64,000 nucleotides of DNA. Source: an uncultured Collinsella sp. GTDB lineage: Bacteria > Actinomycetota > Coriobacteriia > Coriobacteriales > Coriobacteriaceae. The notes under the pieces are model-generated. The model searched no databases. It saw only the letters and a program-made list of their open reading frames with translations, and had not been told where the DNA came from. The stretch spans positions 1,733 to 65,732 of the forward strand of contig UREE01000001.1 of NCBI GenBank assembly GCA_900546825.1. Direction: 5' to 3'. This document shows positions 25,894 to 34,714 of this stretch, piece after piece. The stretch's first letter is position 1. Each line of letters starts with the position of its first letter. Position numbers and translations under genes: made by a program.

Positions 25894-28335
25894 CTACCCC
25901 AGCGAGCGGTTGAGGGAGCCGAGCTCGTCGTTGCCCATGGTGCGCCACATTTGGAAGATACAACCGCGCGCCAGGAAAAAGAAACCGTTGTCGACCAGTT
26001 GCACAGCGGCATCTGCCAGCTGATTCGTCACGGCGGACACTGGCGGCAGCTCTAGTCCAGCCTTGTGGATGGTCTCGACCGCTTCCTCGAACGTCGGAGG
26101 CCCGCTGACGCCCATCTCGTTCATAAGGCCCTGCATTTCTTCCAGCGCGCTGCTGCCCGACTCCTCGCCGCGCGGCACCAGACGGTAACAAGCCAGCGCC
26201 AGGTCGAGCTGATCGCAATTCCAATAGGCAAACGCCAAGCGATAGAACAGGTAGCCGATTGCAGAACGATCGCTGGCAATACGTAGGCCGTGGCGCGCCA
26301 CCTCGATAATCTCGTCAAAGCGCTCCAGACGCGCAAGCACGTTGATGAGCGCAAAGTGCGACTGCATGGACGAGCGCGCCAGATCGTAAAGATGGCGCAC
26401 CTCGGGCAGTGCTCGTTCAAAGTCCTCTTGCTCGGCGTAAAAGCTGCAGATCTCGTGCTGGGCAAAGTACAGCGCATCGGGCGCACGAAGGATTCGCACA
26501 GAGCGGTCTTCTTCCAACACCGGTAGCACCATGCGCACCAGCTGGTTATCGCAAAACTGCGTTTGAACCGGACCTGTCGCCAAAAGCTCGGCGACGGCGC
26601 ACTTAGCCTCCAACTCCTCAACAAGACGGGAAAAGCCTTCAAAAGCACCTGTACGGTCGACTTTTGCCTGCTCGCGCAATTCAACAACACGGGCCACGTA
26701 TGGGTCGTCGTCCTCTTCCATGACCTCCAGCTCGTCAGCCGTATCGGCAAGCAGCAGATCGCGCAGCGCCGGCGGCAGCATGCGATGGTCATCACGCGGA
26801 CGAGCATGAACCTCCGCAGGTTCAATCGTCTCCGGAGCGGTTGACTCATATGCCTCAAGCACACGCTTGCACGGCATATCGTCCATGTCCATGCTCTCAA
26901 GATCCTTGGCGACAGGCACGCAATCGGCCAGATAGGCCGCGCGCCCAAAGAAATACGTTGCAACAACGCGCTCGCCCTGCTCACTGTCGGGAGCAGCAAT
27001 CTGCACATAGCAGCGCGTGATGCAGGTGCCCGCGGCAAAACACGCTGCCGCAAGCGTGAGTGCCACGCGCGCATCGTGCTCCGCGGCCCAGATCGCACGC
27101 GCGTCCTCGTCCAACTCGCGCCAGGCGTCATCTTGAGCGTCGTATTCACGTTGCGGCATGGCATCAACGACAGACTGCCCAAACCGAACGAGCATGATCC
27201 CTTCGGCAACGTTGGCCCGATAGGTATAGTCGAGCCGCGTGACCACGTTAAGTGCCTCGACAATACGCGCGAAGCGGGTACGCACATCCCACTCACCGCC
27301 CGGCTGGCAAGCCACCGTACCCGGTTTGCCCCACGGGTTATCGCTCGAGGCCGTATCAAGCAGTCGGGGAACATCGTTGGTCGTCTTGGCGATATGCCAC
27401 GCATCAAAGAGCGCGCAGCCCTCAAGGCTCGGCGAGGATGCCGCAGGGACCAATCCGGCCCCGATGTGCTCAAGGATGCCGGAGAGACGGTTAAGACGGC
27501 ACTCGATGGCAAGCAGCATGTCAATCTCGTCCCGGTCCAGCAGGCTGCGATCAAAATTGAGATAGAAAAGCTTTGAGCGATCGATGCGAGCCAGGCTCAT
27601 CTCGGACTTAGCGGCGATGGTGCGCAAGCGAGGCAAGTCAATTTCACTCATAAGGGCGGCGGCATAGCGCTCGATACCGCTCGGATTCTCGGCATGGTCA
27701 ACGCGGTAGAGCAGCGTCTCGATAGCGTCAGGTAGCGGTGTCGTGTTAAAGCCCAAAAACACCTCGACCGGCTCGGGCAACTTTACGAGCTTGATCTTGT
27801 CGACAACGTTTTGCATACCCTCGTCGAGTCCGTCGGCGTCCGCCGTGCTCGCAATGGTATTTTCGGAGTCAGCGAATATCACGTAGCGCAGGAACATCGA
27901 TGCCATGAACTCACCGTAAGGAAGGGAGCGGGTCGAATTCCATGTCTCGTGATCGGACTGTTCGCGCATGGGACCTTCGGGAGAGCCGACGGTTCGCGCG
28001 CACGCGCGCATCGTGCCGTTTGCTCCCCTCACCATAATCTCACCAATACCGGAGTCCGACTCGTCAAGGACCAGTTCCATGTCGGGATCGTTGGGCAGCG
28101 GAGCCTCGCTGACGGGGCGGTCCACCTTGCACACCTCACCCGAAACGCTTACGTAGCCCAAAAGCGACACATGGCTTTTGCCAACGAATTCGACGACATA
28201 ACAAGATTCATGCTGATCCTCGCCAAAGAGTTTCCAGACCACGCCATATGAGCGTCCCGCAGGCTGCTCGGGCATCGCCGGAAAGCGCTTCTTGGGATCG
28301 AGAAACCTGAGCTTGTATGTCGGACGCTCTGCCAC
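25894..28335 (-). CDS. hypothetical cytoplasmic protein, 813 aa, acidic, no recognisable catalytic motif; C-terminal third helical/TPR-like
   Basis: Single long ORF with genome-typical codon bias filling the tRNA-Ser/tRNA-Arg interval; no TM segment; no family recognised from sequence. Confidence 0.6.
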   Translation of the reverse strand: MAERPTYKLRFLDPKKRFPAMPEQPAGRSYGVVWKLFGEDQHESCYVVEFVGKSHVSLLGYVSVSGEVCKVDRPVSEAPLPNDPDMELVLDESDSGIGEIMVRGANGTMRACARTVGSPEGPMREQSDHETWNSTRSLPYGEFMASMFLRYVIFADSENTIASTADADGLDEGMQNVVDKIKLVKLPEPVEVFLGFNTTPLPDAIETLLYRVDHAENPSGIERYAAALMSEIDLPRLRTIAAKSEMSLARIDRSKLFYLNFDRSLLDRDEIDMLLAIECRLNRLSGILEHIGAGLVPAASSPSLEGCALFDAWHIAKTTNDVPRLLDTASSDNPWGKPGTVACQPGGEWDVRTRFARIVEALNVVTRLDYTYRANVAEGIMLVRFGQSVVDAMPQREYDAQDDAWRELDEDARAIWAAEHDARVALTLAAACFAAGTCITRCYVQIAAPDSEQGERVVATYFFGRAAYLADCVPVAKDLESMDMDDMPCKRVLEAYESTAPETIEPAEVHARPRDDHRMLPPALRDLLLADTADELEVMEEDDDPYVARVVELREQAKVDRTGAFEGFSRLVEELEAKCAVAELLATGPVQTQFCDNQLVRMVLPVLEEDRSVRILRAPDALYFAQHEICSFYAEQEDFERALPEVRHLYDLARSSMQSHFALINVLARLERFDEIIEVARHGLRIASDRSAIGYLFYRLAFAYWNCDQLDLALACYRLVPRGEESGSSALEEMQGLMNEMGVSGPPTFEEAVETIHKAGLELPPVSAVTNQLADAAVQLVDNGFFFLARGCIFQMWRTMGNDELGSLNRSLG

Positions 28336-28450
28336 GGAATATCACCCTGATCGGTCGCTTGAAGAAGGAGTGGTCGCGAATAAGTCGCGACATCTACTCG
28401 GAATCTTACACGAGTCGACAGGAAATCGTCCCTTTGGACGAAAGCACTCA

Positions 28451-28708
28451 AGCTGGCGCAAAAGAAAAGCCCCCGTTGCCGGGAGCTTTAATCTCAAATG
28501 GTGCGGCGTATAGGATTCCGCGCATCCGCTGCGCGGATCCGCACCGGCTTCGCCCGCCTGCCGGCGGACTCGCCCGCTCGCTAAAAACGCTCCGCGTTTT
28601 CTTGACGCTCGCGCCTCGACCGAGGTTCGAATCCATGCGGTGGCGGCATAAAAGAAAAGCCCCCGTTGCCGGAGGCTTTCAATTTCAATTGGTGCGGCGT
28701 ATAGGATT
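28451..28708. repeat. tRNA-Arg-associated structure: 59-bp direct repeat (terminator plus tRNA-Arg 3' 20 nt), 138-bp GC-rich unit, second copy of the repeat that runs into the intact tRNA
   Basis: Copy A 28451-28509 (aaaagaaaagcccccgttgccgggagctttaatctcaaatggtgcggcgtataggattc) versus copy B 28648-28708 (aaaagaaaagcccccgttgccggaggctttcaatttcaattggtgcggcgtataggattc). The intervening unit is about 80% identical to the unit at 33496-33627. Confidence 0.8.
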
Positions 28709-28765
28709 CGAACCTATGACGTTCTGATTCGTAGTCAGACCCTCTATCCAGCTGAGGTAACGCCG
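28689..28765 (-). tRNA. tRNA-Arg (anticodon ACG)
   Basis: 77 nt; GCGGCGT/ACGCCGC acceptor, anticodon loop CTACGAA, GGTTCGAATCC T-arm, CCA encoded. Confidence 0.9.
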
Positions 28766-28843
28766 CAGCGCAAGACATATAAAACCACTTTAGCTTATTG
28801 GAGTCAAGCACAATTTCAAACTTTTTTGTGGAACGCAGTCTTG

Positions 28844-29221
28844 TCATGCTGCTCCGCATATACCGCCATTCCCCGTACGATCGATTGGCTTTTCGATCAC
28901 GTCAAACTTAGCATCAAGTTCCCTCAGGAGCGATCTCACCCGCTGGGCACAATCATAATCGGCAAACGAGATGCTCAACATGCGAGCAACCTGATTAGAT
29001 GTCTGGACCCCATAGAAATGCTCTAGGGCCACAAGCCCCTCGTGCGCCACAAACGTCTCAACCACATGAGGCGACTCCTCGTAGCACCATTGCGTCAACG
29101 GCCCCTCGCTCGTCTGTCGAACCACCAGGCCACCCATGCCAGACGGCTCACACGTCACAAGCAGGTACTCCCCGCCCTCGTCGCTCTCAAACAAAACCAC
29201 CCGATCATCAAACAGCTCCAT
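28844..29221 (-). CDS. hypothetical protein (125 aa)
   Basis: ORF with typical codon usage between tRNA-Arg and serS; no family recognised. Confidence 0.5.
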   Translation of the reverse strand: MELFDDRVVLFESDEGGEYLLVTCEPSGMGGLVVRQTSEGPLTQWCYEESPHVVETFVAHEGLVALEHFYGVQTSNQVARMLSISFADYDCAQRVRSLLRELDAKFDVIEKPIDRTGNGGICGAA

Positions 29222-29392
29222 CGCGTCCCCTTTCTCTCGCTCTTATTTAGCAAAAGCATAGCAGGTAGATGGCTGTATACAGAACAGTTGTTCGTGTGTT
29301 TTCTATTGAGCTGTCCGCACAGCATGGTATGGCCGCACACAAAAAGGGCACCCCAAAAAGGAGTGCCCTAGCAAATCGCTTATGCAGCCAAT

Positions 29393-30676
29393 CTACGCGA
29401 CCGGCTCGATCTTCTCGAGGCCGCCCATGTAGGGACGCAGAACCTCGGGGATCGTGATGGTGCCGTCAGCGTTCTGGTAGTTCTCCAGAATGGCTGCCAT
29501 GGTACGGCCAGCCGGCAGACCGGAACCGTTGAGGGTGTGCAGATAGCGCGAACCCTTGAAGTTCTCGGGGTCGCGATACTTGATGTTGGCGCGACGGGCC
29601 TGGAAGTCACCGCAGTTGGAGCAGGAGCTGATCTCCTTGTAGGCGTTGTAGCTCGGCAGCCAGACCTCGATGTCGTAGGTCTGACGGGCAGAGAAGCCCA
29701 AGTCGCCGGTGCACAGGCTAATCACGCGATACGGAAGACCCAGCTGCTGCAGCAGGAACTCGGCCTCGGCGGTCATGCTCTCGAGCTCCTTGTCGGACTC
29801 CTCCGGCTTGGCAAACTTGACCATCTCGACCTTGTCGAACTCGTGCTGGCGAATGATGCCGCGGGTATCGCGACCAGCGGAGCCGGCCTCCTCGCGGAAG
29901 CAGGGGGTGAAGGCGGTGTAGCGGCGCGGCAGGGTATCGGCGTCGAGGACCTCACCGGCGTGCAGGTTGGTGAGCACGACCTCGGCGGTGGGGATCAGGA
30001 AGTTGTCGCCCGAGACGTGATAGGCGTCGTCCTCGAACTTGGGCAGCTGGCCCGTGCCGAACATGGTCTGACGCTTGACGACGATGGGCGGCCACCACTC
30101 CTTAAAACCACGGCTGGTGTGCGTATCGAGGAAGAAGTTGATGAGGGCGCGCTCAAGACGGGCGCCGGCGCCACCGAGAACGGTGAAGCGGCTGCCGGAG
30201 AGCTTGTTGCCGCGCTCGAAGTCAAGGATGTCGAGATCGGTGCCCAGATCCCAGTGCGGCTTAAAGTCGAAGTCGAACTCGCGCGGGGTGCCCCAACGAC
30301 GGCGTTCGATGTTCTCGTCCTCGTCCTTGCCGTACGGCGTGGCCTCGCAAGGAATGTTGGGCAGGTGAGCCATGAAGTCGTACTGCTCCTGCTCGAGGGC
30401 GGTGCGGCGCTCGGCCAGACCGTCAATTTTCTCGTTGACGGCGCGCACGGCCTCTTTGGCGGCCTCGGCCTCGTCCTTCTTGCCCTCCTTCATCAGGGCG
30501 CCGATCTTCTTGGACTCGGCATTGCGCGTGGCTTGAAGTTCCTCGACCTCGGTGATGACGGCACGACGCTCGTCGTCGAGCTCAAAGAACTTCTCGCGAT
30601 CCCAAGACGTCTGGCGGTTAGCCATGGCGACATCGATGGCATCGGGGTTCTCGCGAACAAACTTGATATCAAGCAT
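29393..30676 (-). CDS. serS: serine--tRNA ligase
   Basis: N-terminal coiled-coil [12 protein letters not shown]..., class II motifs ([36 protein letters not shown]). Start ATG at 30674-30676 with GGAGGA RBS. Confidence 0.93.
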   Translation of the reverse strand: MLDIKFVRENPDAIDVAMANRQTSWDREKFFELDDERRAVITEVEELQATRNAESKKIGALMKEGKKDEAEAAKEAVRAVNEKIDGLAERRTALEQEQYDFMAHLPNIPCEATPYGKDEDENIERRRWGTPREFDFDFKPHWDLGTDLDILDFERGNKLSGSRFTVLGGAGARLERALINFFLDTHTSRGFKEWWPPIVVKRQTMFGTGQLPKFEDDAYHVSGDNFLIPTAEVVLTNLHAGEVLDADTLPRRYTAFTPCFREEAGSAGRDTRGIIRQHEFDKVEMVKFAKPEESDKELESMTAEAEFLLQQLGLPYRVISLCTGDLGFSARQTYDIEVWLPSYNAYKEISSCSNCGDFQARRANIKYRDPENFKGSRYLHTLNGSGLPAGRTMAAILENYQNADGTITIPEVLRPYMGGLEKIEPVA

Positions 30677-30787
30677 TAGATCCTCCGGCGATATACATTC
30701 CATTTAGGTTGCAACCTTGTACATGTATGGGCAAGTATATACTTATGAGCGTTTACGACCCAACTCAACTACGCAAGAAGGCACCCA

Positions 30788-30961
30788 ATGGACGCAGTTT
30801 TTTCCTTTTTGTTTGGCACCCGCACCGGTTTTGCCATCCTTTTCGCCGGCGGCATCCTGCTGTTTGCGATTATTGCCTTTGTAATGGAGAAGCGCACCCA
30901 TAAGATGTATGTCGACCGCGGCCCCAAGTCCGAGGACGAAGAAGACAGCTTCTGGGACTAA
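30788..30961 (+). CDS. small single-TM protein (57 aa), not in supplied ORF track
   Basis: atg at 30788 preceded by AAGAAGG RBS (6-nt spacer). Encodes MDAVFSFLFGTRTGFAILFAGGILLFAIIAFVMEKRTHKMYVDRGPKSEDEEDSFWD: one hydrophobic helix then a charged tail. Followed by a large hairpin. Confidence 0.45.
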   Translation: MDAVFSFLFGTRTGFAILFAGGILLFAIIAFVMEKRTHKMYVDRGPKSEDEEDSFWD

Positions 30962-31113
30962 CCTGCCAAAAAGGGACAGGTTTATTTTGGTCGGTTTTAT
31001 CTGGGCAAACGCAAGTGCCTCGCAACTGGAATTGAGCCAGTTGCGGGGCACTTTTCGCTAAAAGGACAAAACCGCAGGAAAAACCTGCCAACATAAACCT
31101 GTCCCTTTTTTGG
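30962..31113. repeat. nested hairpin / flanked-inverted-core repeat between the small ORF and proC (bidirectional terminator candidate)
   Basis: cctgccaa-AAAGGGACAGGTTTAT-tttggtcggtttta (30962-31000) and cctgccaac-ATAAACCTGTCCCTTT-tttggtcggtttta (31084-31123 region): identical flanks with the 16-bp core inverted. Inner IR gcctcgcaactgg/ccagttgcggggc. Confidence 0.6.
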
Positions 31114-31119
31114 TCGGTT

Positions 31120-31890
31120 TTACTGGAGGGTTGCGTCGATTGCCTTGACCAGGGCGCTGCGCATGCCGGCGTCCTCGAGCGCAACGACGCCCTTGATGGT
31201 GGCACCACCGGGCGAGCATACGGCATCCTTCATCGCCGCAGGATGCTGGCCAGTTGCAAGCTGCAGCTTTGCCGTACCCAGCACCATCTGGCTCACAATG
31301 CGATAAGCATCCGCACGCGGGATACCGTGCTTGACCGCCGCATCGCCCAGGGCCTCGATTGCCATGGCGACAAACGCCGGAGCGCAACCACCCACCGTGC
31401 CGCCCACAAACAGCAGGCTTGTGTCGAGCTCGACGACAGCGCCAAGCTTACCGAGCAGGTCGAGCACCACAGCACGCTGCTCGTCGTTAAGCGTCGAAGC
31501 CTTCTCGCAGGCGATGACGCCCTCGCCCACCGAAACCGGCGTGTTGGGCACCGTCGAGATATGCGCGACGCCCGGCAGGACCTGCTCCCACTTGGCACTG
31601 TCCCAGGTCCAGGCAACCGACAGAACGACCTTTTTGGCAAGAGCATCCTTGAGCGGGGCGAATACCTTCTCGATCATGTACGGTTTGACCGCAGCGACCA
31701 CGATATCGGATGCGGCGACAACCTCGGCGGCATCGTGGCAGGCGACCATGCCGCGCGCCTCGCAGCGCTCAACCAGCGCGTCGTAGCGACCCGCGCAGGC
31801 GCACATGTCGCTCGCAGCTACACCGGCAGCGATCCAGCCATCGGCCATAGCGCTCGCCATATTGCCAAAACCGACAAATCCAATCTTCAT
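31120..31890 (-). CDS. proC: pyrroline-5-carboxylate reductase
   Basis: 256 aa; NAD(P)-binding MKIGFVGFGNMASAM, ProC C-terminal dimerisation domain. Confidence 0.9.
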   Translation of the reverse strand: MKIGFVGFGNMASAMADGWIAAGVAASDMCACAGRYDALVERCEARGMVACHDAAEVVAASDIVVAAVKPYMIEKVFAPLKDALAKKVVLSVAWTWDSAKWEQVLPGVAHISTVPNTPVSVGEGVIACEKASTLNDEQRAVVLDLLGKLGAVVELDTSLLFVGGTVGGCAPAFVAMAIEALGDAAVKHGIPRADAYRIVSQMVLGTAKLQLATGQHPAAMKDAVCSPGGATIKGVVALEDAGMRSALVKAIDATLQ

Positions 31891-31963
31891 ATCTCATAGT
31901 CCTTTCAGACACATTCCTCAAAACGAAAGGTATTGTCCCACGCCATTGTTTCGTATTGCCGAC

Positions 31964-32434
31964 CTATTTGTGATACGGCTCGCCACGACTGATCTTGCAG
32001 GCACGGTAAATCTGCTCTAGCAGCACCACACGCGCCAGGTTATGCGGCAAGGTAATGCGTCCAAAGCTGAGCATCTCGTCGGCGCGGGCGCGCACCTCAT
32101 CACTCACGCCGTCCGAACCGCCGATTACAAAGGCAATGTCGCTGCTGCCTCGCAGCATAAGATCGTCGAGCCTCGCCGAAAACTCCTCGCTCGAGCGCTC
32201 CTTGCCCTCGATAGCCAGCAGGATCAAATGCGCTCGAGATGGCAAGGCGGCAAGAATCGCCGCCCCCTCCTTGTCGCGCGCGGCATCCACGCCGCCCGCC
32301 TTAGCCGGGTCGATATCGGCCACCTCGCGGATATCCACCTTGGCATAGGCACCTAGGCGCTTGGTGTACTCAGCGCACGCGTCCTTCCAAAAGCGCTCCT
32401 TGAGCTTACCGACGCAAACGACGGTGTATTTCAC
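31964..32434 (-). CDS. rlmH: 23S rRNA (pseudouridine1915-N3)-methyltransferase RlmH
   Basis: 156 aa SPOUT fold; MKYTVVCVGKLKE...ILLAIEGKERSSEEFSARLDDL...VIGGSDGVS. Confidence 0.9.
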   Translation of the reverse strand: MKYTVVCVGKLKERFWKDACAEYTKRLGAYAKVDIREVADIDPAKAGGVDAARDKEGAAILAALPSRAHLILLAIEGKERSSEEFSARLDDLMLRGSSDIAFVIGGSDGVSDEVRARADEMLSFGRITLPHNLARVVLLEQIYRACKISRGEPYHK

Positions 32435-32440
32435 GCGCGT

Positions 32441-33400
32441 CTACTCCTTCGAATCGTTTTGAACTTTGCCGGCGGCCAGCATCTGCTCGAACATCGAGGC
32501 CGACTGCGAAAAGTCGCTCGGCAGCACGACCGTCGAGGTTTTAGCCGTGCGAGCGAACTCCGTCATCATCTCGGACCACTGCGTAAACATGAACAGTTGG
32601 TTGGCCTCGTCATTGCCGACACCCGTCTCCTGGATGATCTCGAGCGAATCTTTGATACCCAGTGCGATGGCCTTGCGCTGGTTGGCGATGCCCTCGCCCG
32701 CCTTTTCCATTGCCTCGGCCTCGGCGGTCGCCTCGGTGACGCGCTTGATGCGGTCTGCCTCGGCGAGCTCCTGTGCCGCAGCGCGCTTGCGCTGGGCGGC
32801 GTTGATGTCGTTCATGGAGTTCTCAACCTCGGTCGGCAGTGCGATTTTGGTGATGAGCGTCGACACGAGGGTGAAGCCGTAGGCGGCCATCTGCTCGGAA
32901 ACGGTAGCGTTGACATCCTTGGCGATGTCATCCTTCTTGGCAAAGACCTCATCGAGTGTGTAGACAGGAATCGAAGAGCGCAGGGCGTCGGTGATGAAGT
33001 CACGCATCTGGTCGACGGGCTCCTGCAGCATGTAGTAGCTCTTGTAGATGCCCGAATCTGCCGGGCCGGCGCCCATGTCGTAGCTCACGTGGTACTGAGC
33101 GGAGACCTCAAGACCGATGGTCACGTTGTCCTGGGTCTTAACGTCGATGCCAAAACCGTTTTTCATGGTGCGCAGGCTCACCGTGGCGGCCTTGCGGTCG
33201 ATCACGGGCACCTTCACGTGGAAGCCCGCGTTGACGATACGATTGAACTTACCCAAGCGCTCGATGATCACAGCGTGCTGCTGCTCAACGACGTAGCAGG
33301 CGTTGGGAAGCAACAGCAGCAGGATGATGATGGGAATCAAAAGGCTCGTAAGGGCAGCGATGATACCGGAAAACAGCATGGTCTCTCCTCTGATAGGCAC
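32441..33400 (-). CDS. SPFH/band-7 (stomatin/prohibitin-like) membrane protein
   Basis: N-terminal TM, SPFH core (YVVEQQHAVIIERLGKFNRIV...), coiled-coil Ala/Glu-rich C-terminus. Confidence 0.85.
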   Translation of the reverse strand: MPIRGETMLFSGIIAALTSLLIPIIILLLLLPNACYVVEQQHAVIIERLGKFNRIVNAGFHVKVPVIDRKAATVSLRTMKNGFGIDVKTQDNVTIGLEVSAQYHVSYDMGAGPADSGIYKSYYMLQEPVDQMRDFITDALRSSIPVYTLDEVFAKKDDIAKDVNATVSEQMAAYGFTLVSTLITKIALPTEVENSMNDINAAQRKRAAAQELAEADRIKRVTEATAEAEAMEKAGEGIANQRKAIALGIKDSLEIIQETGVGNDEANQLFMFTQWSEMMTEFARTAKTSTVVLPSDFSQSASMFEQMLAAGKVQNDSKE

Positions 33401-33440
33401 ACGTTGCCATTAGGATACCCGTCCAAGGAGATCGTGCATA

Positions 33441-33684
33441 ACAAAAAGCCCCCATTGCTGGGAGCTCTTTCATTTAATGGTGCGGGCGAAAGGACGTCCG
33501 CGTATCCGCTTCGCGGATCCGCACCGGCATCGGCCGCCTGCCGGCGTCCTTGCCAGCTCGCTAAAAACGCTCCGCGTTTTCTTGACGCTCGCTCCTTCGC
33601 AGGTTCAAGTCCCCGCGATGGGCACATAACAAAAAAGCTCCCATTGCTGGGAGCTCTTTCATTTAATGGTGCGGGCGAAAGGAC
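33441..33684. repeat. tRNA-Leu-associated structure: 55-bp direct repeat (terminator plus tRNA-Leu 3' 18 nt), 132-bp GC-rich unit, second repeat copy that runs into the intact tRNA
   Basis: Copy A 33441-33495 (acaaaaagcccccattgctgggagctctttcatttaatggtgcgggcgaaaggac) versus copy B 33628-33684 (aacaaaaaagctcccattgctgggagctctttcatttaatggtgcgggcgaaaggac). The unit shares GCGGATCCGCACCGGC...GCTCGCTAAAAACGCTCCGCGTTTTCTTGACGCTCGC with the 28510-28647 unit. Confidence 0.8.
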
Positions 33685-33753
33685 TTGAACCTTCATGGGG
33701 TTGCCCCCATACGGACCTGAACCGTACGCGTCTGCCAATTCCGCCACGCCCGC
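33667..33753 (-). tRNA. tRNA-Leu (anticodon CAG)
   Basis: 87 nt; anticodon loop TTCAGGT, long variable arm TGGGGGCAACCCCA, GGTTCAAGTCC T-arm, CCA encoded. Confidence 0.9.
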
Positions 33754-33796
33754 GTGCAGGAATTAGAATAACGGAGCGCCACCGCGAACGCAAGAA

Positions 33797-34714
33797 CTAT
33801 TTTTGAAAAAGTTTGCAGGCATTTTCCCAAGCGGCATGCGCGATTGTTTCGGCGTCCTCACCAGTGCGATCGATACGGTCGTTAACCAGCGCGTTTGCCG
33901 TAATGGAGATCATTGCGGGCTCGCATTCAAGACCGCGGATGGGCTCCGGAGCCATATACGGGCAATCCGTCTCGAACAAAATTCGATCGAGTGGGGTTGC
34001 CGCAAATGCCTCGCGCACGTCGTCGTTGCGCTTAAAGGTGGCCGCACCACCATAGGCGATATAGCAGCCCAGCTCCACAAAGCGCTCCATCGTGGCGCGG
34101 TCCTCGCCAAAACAGTGCAGCACACAACCGGCCTGGGGCACGCCCACCCCACGAAGCACGTTGTAGGCGTCCACGTGCGAGGTACGCTCCTGGTCCATGT
34201 CCTCGTGACGCAGATGCAGCTCCACCGGCACGTTACGACGCACGGCAAGCTCGAGCTGGCGCGCCATGCAGTCAATCTGCACGTTATGGGGTGCCGGCGC
34301 GATATCGTCGTCATAGTCCATGTGGTAGTCCAGACCGATTTCGCCAATACCGGCGCACAAAGGGTCATCAAGCGCAGCAACAACCTGCGCGTGAATGTCG
34401 TCGGTATAGTCCGGCGCGCCATACGGATGCACGCCGGCAAGATACTTGATCTGCGGGATATCCTGCATCGGCAGAATTTCGCGCGTCAGCCAGTCGCTAT
34501 AGTCCGTCACGCTGCGCTTGTCGGCGATGGGGTCGAAGACCGTCACCAACAGGTCGATGCCTGCCGCCTTGGCACGCACGAGTGTCTCGGGCACATCCTT
34601 GCCCCAGAACGAAAGCAGATGCGCATGTGTGTCGGCAAGCGGTGCCAAGGGCACGGGACAAGCAACCGTCTTCTTTTTCTTGGTAAACGTCACGCGTTCG
34701 GCATTAAGCGTCAT
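33797..34714 (-). CDS. tatD: TatD-family metal-dependent hydrolase (DNase)
   Basis: DTHAHL N-terminal motif and TatD (beta/alpha)8 fold. Start taken at MTLNAERV (34714) to avoid a 120-nt overlap with rsmA. Confidence 0.8.
   Translation of the reverse strand: MTLNAERVTFTKKKKTVACPVPLAPLADTHAHLLSFWGKDVPETLVRAKAAGIDLLVTVFDPIADKRSVTDYSDWLTREILPMQDIPQIKYLAGVHPYGAPDYTDDIHAQVVAALDDPLCAGIGEIGLDYHMDYDDDIAPAPHNVQIDCMARQLELAVRRNVPVELHLRHEDMDQERTSHVDAYNVLRGVGVPQAGCVLHCFGEDRATMERFVELGCYIAYGGAATFKRNDDVREAFAATPLDRILFETDCPYMAPEPIRGLECEPAMISITANALVNDRIDRTGEDAETIAHAAWENACKLFQK

Noticed and set aside
26121-27554. 477-aa minus-strand ORF in an alternative frame
   Set aside because: It is nested inside the longer 813-aa ORF (25894..28335) on the same strand. 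Its Arg/Ser/Cys-rich translation is typical of an off-frame reading.
28292-28727. Plus-strand ORFs 28292..28513 and 28317..28727
   Set aside because: They run through the tRNA-Arg-associated repeats and the 135-bp GC-rich unit. The sequence is explained as a non-coding repeat/att-like structure.
30709-31051. ORF-track ORFs 30709..30903 (+) and 30743..31051 (-)
   Set aside because: Low-complexity His/Cys/Arg-rich or Gly/Lys-rich translations. The alternative plus-strand frame starting at 30788 gives a clean TM helix with a proper RBS, so I prefer that one.
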